Of a stretch of 64,000 bases of DNA, positions 61,501 to 64,000 are shown in pieces. The stretch covers positions 160,001 through 224,000 of the forward strand of contig CAXBMO010000005.1 of assembly GCA_963977015.1 (NCBI GenBank). Reading direction: 5' to 3'. The DNA is from an uncultured bacterium (GTDB taxonomy: Bacteria; Verrucomicrobiota; Verrucomicrobiia; Verrucomicrobiales; DEV007). The stretch's first letter is position 1. Each line of letters starts with the position of its first letter. The notes below the pieces were generated by a model. It searched no databases and had not been told where the DNA came from. It saw nothing but the letters and a program-made list of their open reading frames with translations. The translations under genes were made by a program, and so were the position numbers.

Positions 61501-64000
61501 TCAATCCCAGCGTTCCGCCGCTTTCGATGGTGACGTTGCCCGCGTCAGTCGTGCCGAGAGCATCGTTGTGCGCTGCAACCAGTCTCCCCTCGCGAATCGT
61601 GGTCTCGCCGGTGTACGTGTTGCCCGTCGTGCTGGCCAGGGTGAACGTGCCATTGCCGTCCTTGATCAGGTTGGCTCCGCCAGTGATATCTCCGGTCGCC
61701 TGTCCGGTAGCCCCGGCGACGTTCACCGTCAGGTCCTGATTCATCGTCACCGTGTTCGTCGTGTTGACGTTGAGGGCATTGAGCGTGGTGATGGAATCCA
61801 CCGAGACCGCATCGTTGTAGGTCTGGTCCCCGCTTGTGGTTACGGAAACCACCAGGTTCCCGGCTCCCGCCACGGCTGCGTAGTTGGCCCGCACCTGGCT
61901 TTCTTCCAAGGCCTGACCGTTATAGACGCGGAACAACCCAACCTGACCGTCGAAGCTCTCGGTGTTGGACTGGCCGTTGCCAATTCCACCGGTGTTGGCG
62001 CCACCACGCGTTCCCACGCCAGCCGGGTCGCTTCCCGACCAGTCGCCGCCGGCGGCAATGTCCGTGCCGACGGAGACCCCGTTGATAAAGAGTTCCAACT
62101 GATCCGTCGAGGTGTTGAAAGTGCCAATCGCCTGGATGAACTCACTAGTCGCCGGAGCGGTAAGCAGACCGAGGCTGTCCGTGTCCAGATTGTAAGCGAT
62201 GTTGCCACCGTTCGGCGCCTTGCGCAGGCGCAGTTCGTTGTTGTCGATAAAGAACCCGAACCCGGTGCCGCCGCCGTCCTCAAACAAGATCTGACCCTCA
62301 GGGGTGGAAGGCGTCAGATTATCCGGCTTGAACCAGATCTCGATGCTGACGTCCTCATCCGTCCAATCGCCCGGAGCGTTGGTGAAGGAAGCCTCCGTGG
62401 TACTACCCGAGATACTCAGCAACGCACCGGCTTCGTTCTCCGTCGCGCCACCGGGAAAGTCGTAAGCCGCAGTGATTCCAGGCAAGGAGCTAACGCCCGG
62501 TCCCTCCACTCGCGTCACGTTGCCGACAACCTGGAAATCCAGCCCACTGATTCCCGTCTGATCGTCCCAACGATCAAAATCCTGGAACGCGCCTGAAGAA
62601 ACGTTGACGTAGTATTCCGTGCCCGCAGTCAGGTCGGAAGCCGGATCGATTGTTACCGTCGCACCGCTGATGGTCACGATTGCGTCGCTCACGTCGATCG
62701 TCTCCACCACCGAATCATCCGAAGCCAGGTGAATCGTGATCGTTCCCGCGCCCTTCTGCACGGCTTCGTCGAAGGTCATCTCAAGGTTCGCGCCGACCGC
62801 CACGCCATCCGCATCATTGGCAGGCGTCAGCGAAACCGCCAACGGAGCGGTCCGGTCCGCCGTCGCTGTGGTGAAGCTCCAGCTCGTTGTATCCACAATT
62901 CCCGCGAAGTCGTTCCCAGCAATGTCCCGGATCGCCCCCGTGCCGATGTTCACGTAGAACTCCGTCCCTGCGGCGAGACCGGTTGGCGGATCGACGGTCA
63001 CGGTGGCGCCGTTCACCGAAACCGCCGCATCGTTCACATCGATGGTCTGGACGACGGAATCGTCCGAGGCCAGGTGAATCGTAATCGTCCCGGCAGCGCC
63101 TTTCTGCACGGCCTCGTCGAAGGCCAGTTCCAAATTCGAATCGGGGGCAACCGAGCCGGCGTCGTCAGCCGGATTCAACGTGTCGACCGTCGGAGCCGTG
63201 ACATCGTCGCCCGTTCCCGTGGTGAAACTCCACGTCGTCGTGTCCAAAATTCCGGCGAAGTCGTTCCCTGCCGTGTCGCGGATCGCTCCGGCGGCCACGT
63301 TGACGTAAAATGCCGTGCTCGCGGCCAGGTTGAGCGACGGGTCAATCTTGACCGTCCGCCCGGCCACCGTGACCAGACCTCCGGTCACATCGATCGTATC
63401 CACGACCGAGTCGTCCGCCGCGAGATGAATCGTGATGTTGCCGGTCCCTGCCTGAACGTCCTCGTCGAAGGTCAGCGCCAGGTTCGCGTTCGTGGCGACA
63501 TCGACTCCATCATCCGCCGGGCTCAGCGACTCCAGCGAAGGAGCCTGCGTGTCCACCGCGCCGGTCGTAGTGAAACGCCATGTGGTGGAGTCCCCAATCC
63601 CCGCGAAATCGTTACCGGTCGGATCCTGCGTCGCATCGGCCAGGAAATCCACCCCGTTAACAACTTCGGACAGGCCCAAGAACAAAGTGGTTCCGGCCGA
63701 GTCGGTCGTGATCGAGGCCAACCCAGTGTCGTTCGAAAGCAAATCAAGCGCGTCAGAGCCCACATCGGCGGCAAATTGCGTAACCGCGTCATTTGGGGTG
63801 TTGACGGTCAGATTGGCCGCCACGCCATCCACTGCATCGAGCGTGTTGGCGAAGAGCACGCGCGAGGTCGCGTCGCCATTCTGGGTGATGATCGAGTCCG
63901 TCCCCAGTAACACCGCGTCGTCAAAGCGGATCTCTCCCCCATCCGCTCCATTGGCGGTGATGTTCGCCGAAATCACGGTGTGGCCGTCGAAGTTGGTGGT
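55550..64000 (-). CDS. Giant adhesin/exoprotein, 5' partial (more than 2800 aa): hemagglutinin-like beta-helix repeats, three SbsA/Big_5-type Ig units, LamG-like domain, autotransporter-associated beta-strand repeats, lectin-like insert, C-terminal Ig-like domain
   Basis: Frame open to the window end; G/T/D/A/V-rich; 116-aa repeats DT.AP....PADD..TFDE.V..G.G..D.AGN; SIEIWFKP..LFING..FDGQVG; LIKDGNGTFTL..NTYTGET. Confidence 0.9.
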   Translation of the reverse strand, partial: TTNFDGHTVISANITANGADGGEIRFDDAVLLGTDSIITQNGDATSRVLFANTLDAVDGVAANLTVNTPNDAVTQFAADVGSDALDLLSNDTGLASITTDSAGTTLFLGLSEVVNGVDFLADATQDPTGNDFAGIGDSTTWRFTTTGAVDTQAPSLESLSPADDGVDVATNANLALTFDEDVQAGTGNITIHLAADDSVVDTIDVTGGLVTVAGRTVKIDPSLNLAASTAFYVNVAAGAIRDTAGNDFAGILDTTTWSFTTGTGDDVTAPTVDTLNPADDAGSVAPDSNLELAFDEAVQKGAAGTITIHLASDDSVVQTIDVNDAAVSVNGATVTVDPPTGLAAGTEFYVNIGTGAIRDIAGNDFAGIVDTTSWSFTTATADRTAPLAVSLTPANDADGVAVGANLEMTFDEAVQKGAGTITIHLASDDSVVETIDVSDAIVTISGATVTIDPASDLTAGTEYYVNVSSGAFQDFDRWDDQTGISGLDFQVVGNVTRVEGPGVSSLPGITAAYDFPGGATENEAGALLSISGSTTEASFTNAPGDWTDEDVSIEIWFKPDNLTPSTPEGQILFEDGGGTGFGFFIDNNELRLRKAPNGGNIAYNLDTDSLGLLTAPATSEFIQAIGTFNTSTDQLELFINGVSVGTDIAAGGDWSGSDPAGVGTRGGANTGGIGNGQSNTESFDGQVGLFRVYNGQALEESQVRANYAAVAGAGNLVVSVTTSGDQTYNDAVSVDSITTLNALNVNTTNTVTMNQDLTVNVAGATGQATGDITGGANLIKDGNGTFTLASTTGNTYTGETTIREGRLVAAHNDALGTTDAGNVTIESGGTLGLIGGITIPAHETISLLFDGTGDATIENLSGDNFVEGLIDVQLGVQGDLRLLSSTVDDTLTVNGNVNLQQAGILAAGDGDTVVNGNIASTVAEYADLGEVGQVLNVGGTAQTVNFAGTYVNPVIVALAEQGSGTGGADPNVVEVRIFNVDAGAGTFQIQLDVPPGANNTNPPAEETVNFLVVEAGTYTLDDGTVIQAGTVSVSGSTDESVSFGAGVFATTPVAMTQLMSQNDASFVKPRHRAGVNANGFSFFLEQAEGQAQHSVNETVGYIAISPTAAAGATTGAGLLFEAGTTPNAVTHSNFGVTLQNAYSAPPIFIGDQQTIDGVDPSGLRFRYNGNGVNVFTDEDRSGDTETSHADEVVGFVAFANTGLLQSTNVRDNQLVMNGAGTLTLNGTNELQDGVEVNDGVVLVNGTTTAETTVIGGSLGGTGTIVGEVISTTGEVAPGEPDVASGVGTLTVGDDNDVNLSGDFEFQINGDTSADLLSVTGTTGDGTVTVGGTLTLTEISDAVGVAGGVTPGSTVTLISNDGTDVVIGTFAGLPEGATVMDDDGDSYIISYAGGDGNDVVLFAGQAETNVALVGNALSITDSTNDSTDTLSISYDAATNTYTIQETANTALVLNTTGLTNAQVTRPNAQTVVIDANQITGGITSLTIDTTGPDTTTPGVENDDTVTVSTSNGSLGLSGDITITADDVVFAANAQIDQSAGSGGVIVNADRAIAMNAGSGITTNDGAVTLTATGNGDGGFVGIELSDADITTTSGNIVLTGEGADSGTGSFRHGVLLAGGSTVTSTDGNVTLAGLGSGDTDDNDHHGVVLADAGTRVASTNGTVTLDGTGGYGQNDNANESRGVVIGADTVVETVTGEIDIDGEGGLQRSNTDENTGVQISGTVQATGTGGAVDIYGSAGTSHLNNYGIHLNSSGSVTSVDGAIVMEGQGGGGARANTNSNHGIFVEGAVNSSGSATITLTGFGGGSRNDGDGNIGVMVSGTAAAISSSGGLITINGVAGGHPNDGSTNNDGVRIQAGGSVVGTNSARITIDGTGGSDADGEGVQITGADSVVSVVDGDISITGSGEDGVELSTGTTAAVVASGIGNISISGHANTPDLAGGNVGTEINSIVTSGSGNVTIASDDHITFGADSDVNSTGGTVKIEASTGGAGDIVMADGALIDAGGGNVDVDAVGDITLGGLVTTAAVTIDSASGSILDGGDTDKEVVAASAVLNAALNVGTVADPLETQVATLAGSSGTDFYVANMGALDIGAAGINAGNDLQIVNNDNITDSGTTTVGGAAQFTTTVNDADINVNQLAVTGLIGLSTTGADSDATIVNATAIDFKATNVGGNLAATATTGGIGQSAGLDVDGTTALAVGTDNIDLSNVGNDFTGAVSIVSAQDVTLVDANGIDLGASTISGNLDVTSSTGDITDSGTVSISGTVDLTTSNGNIITNQLDVSGSIALNASGTATIVNTTGIVFRDSTTGGDLTATSTTGDLNIGTGVTLTSTGGGIFLSADGTLLFDAAANLNAAGNVEISLDQGVSDGTGVIVQFFGQVDAAAAIISGGEDPDLFRVQPSAITEITVRGGDPKTLPGDALLLLEDMSLASSGIDGTGASFGTYTATGFAPVHFNSIESDDLVPSLAGTNGALLTHGVGQGPIAVFPDLIIRDAILVTEAVVQFAGRYIPGEDQLTSLGLGSNMTQTWDRASGTLLISAGPGGVSVTAMERALRSVVYINKNGSNPTPGARSISVVLQDGVDQSNSLVNTVIQKGVETDAQNDPAATAGTQASTLPDGGTGAGVDGELAQILEVLSRYGDDGVFAGFQIDAADGASGYQFLNGQLIGPDGQAIRLNLSNQEAGDASVLPTLPPMFSLTPFFAGTSGYGSQIVVTISDGAGGFSHTMSVTADAAGNWTIAMPGIELGDRAYSITITEVPEISGIFSQDNAIFRVGTFRGGILPGLTDEEGLNLGDIYGMIIDATSPEEGMAQLNAPTM

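Overview
GC-rich bacterial chromosomal segment, most likely from the PVC superphylum and probably Verrucomicrobiota. The assignment rests on a PVC-type CxxCH heme protein, a DUF1549/DUF1553 + DUF1501 pair, DUF1080 fusions and two sulfatases. Housekeeping genes (ligA, menA/menC/menE, dxs, xseB, ATP-PFK, DEAD-box helicase, tRNA-CAU, tRNA-Cys) alternate with accessory patches. Most notable: (1) an exbB-exbD-exbD operon in which the TonB/TolA-like partner ends in a vWA (MIDAS) domain and is followed by two exported TPR proteins; (2) a three-gene MoxR / bpX2-like / vWA-beta-propeller conflict system; (3) a 0.9-kb cargo block bracketed by a 201-bp duplication of the pfk 3' end, holding an aspartokinase remnant, a REP doublet and an orphan secreted gene; (4) an AT-rich Abi-alpha-like two-gene cassette with flanking direct repeats beside a tRNA; (5) a tandem 65-bp repeat before a solo Fic gene; (6) an orphan three-hairpin candidate sRNA next to a 207-bp MITE; (7) a giant adhesin, 5'-truncated by the window edge, with nested domain insertions. 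All family calls come from motif recognition by eye; no searches were run.
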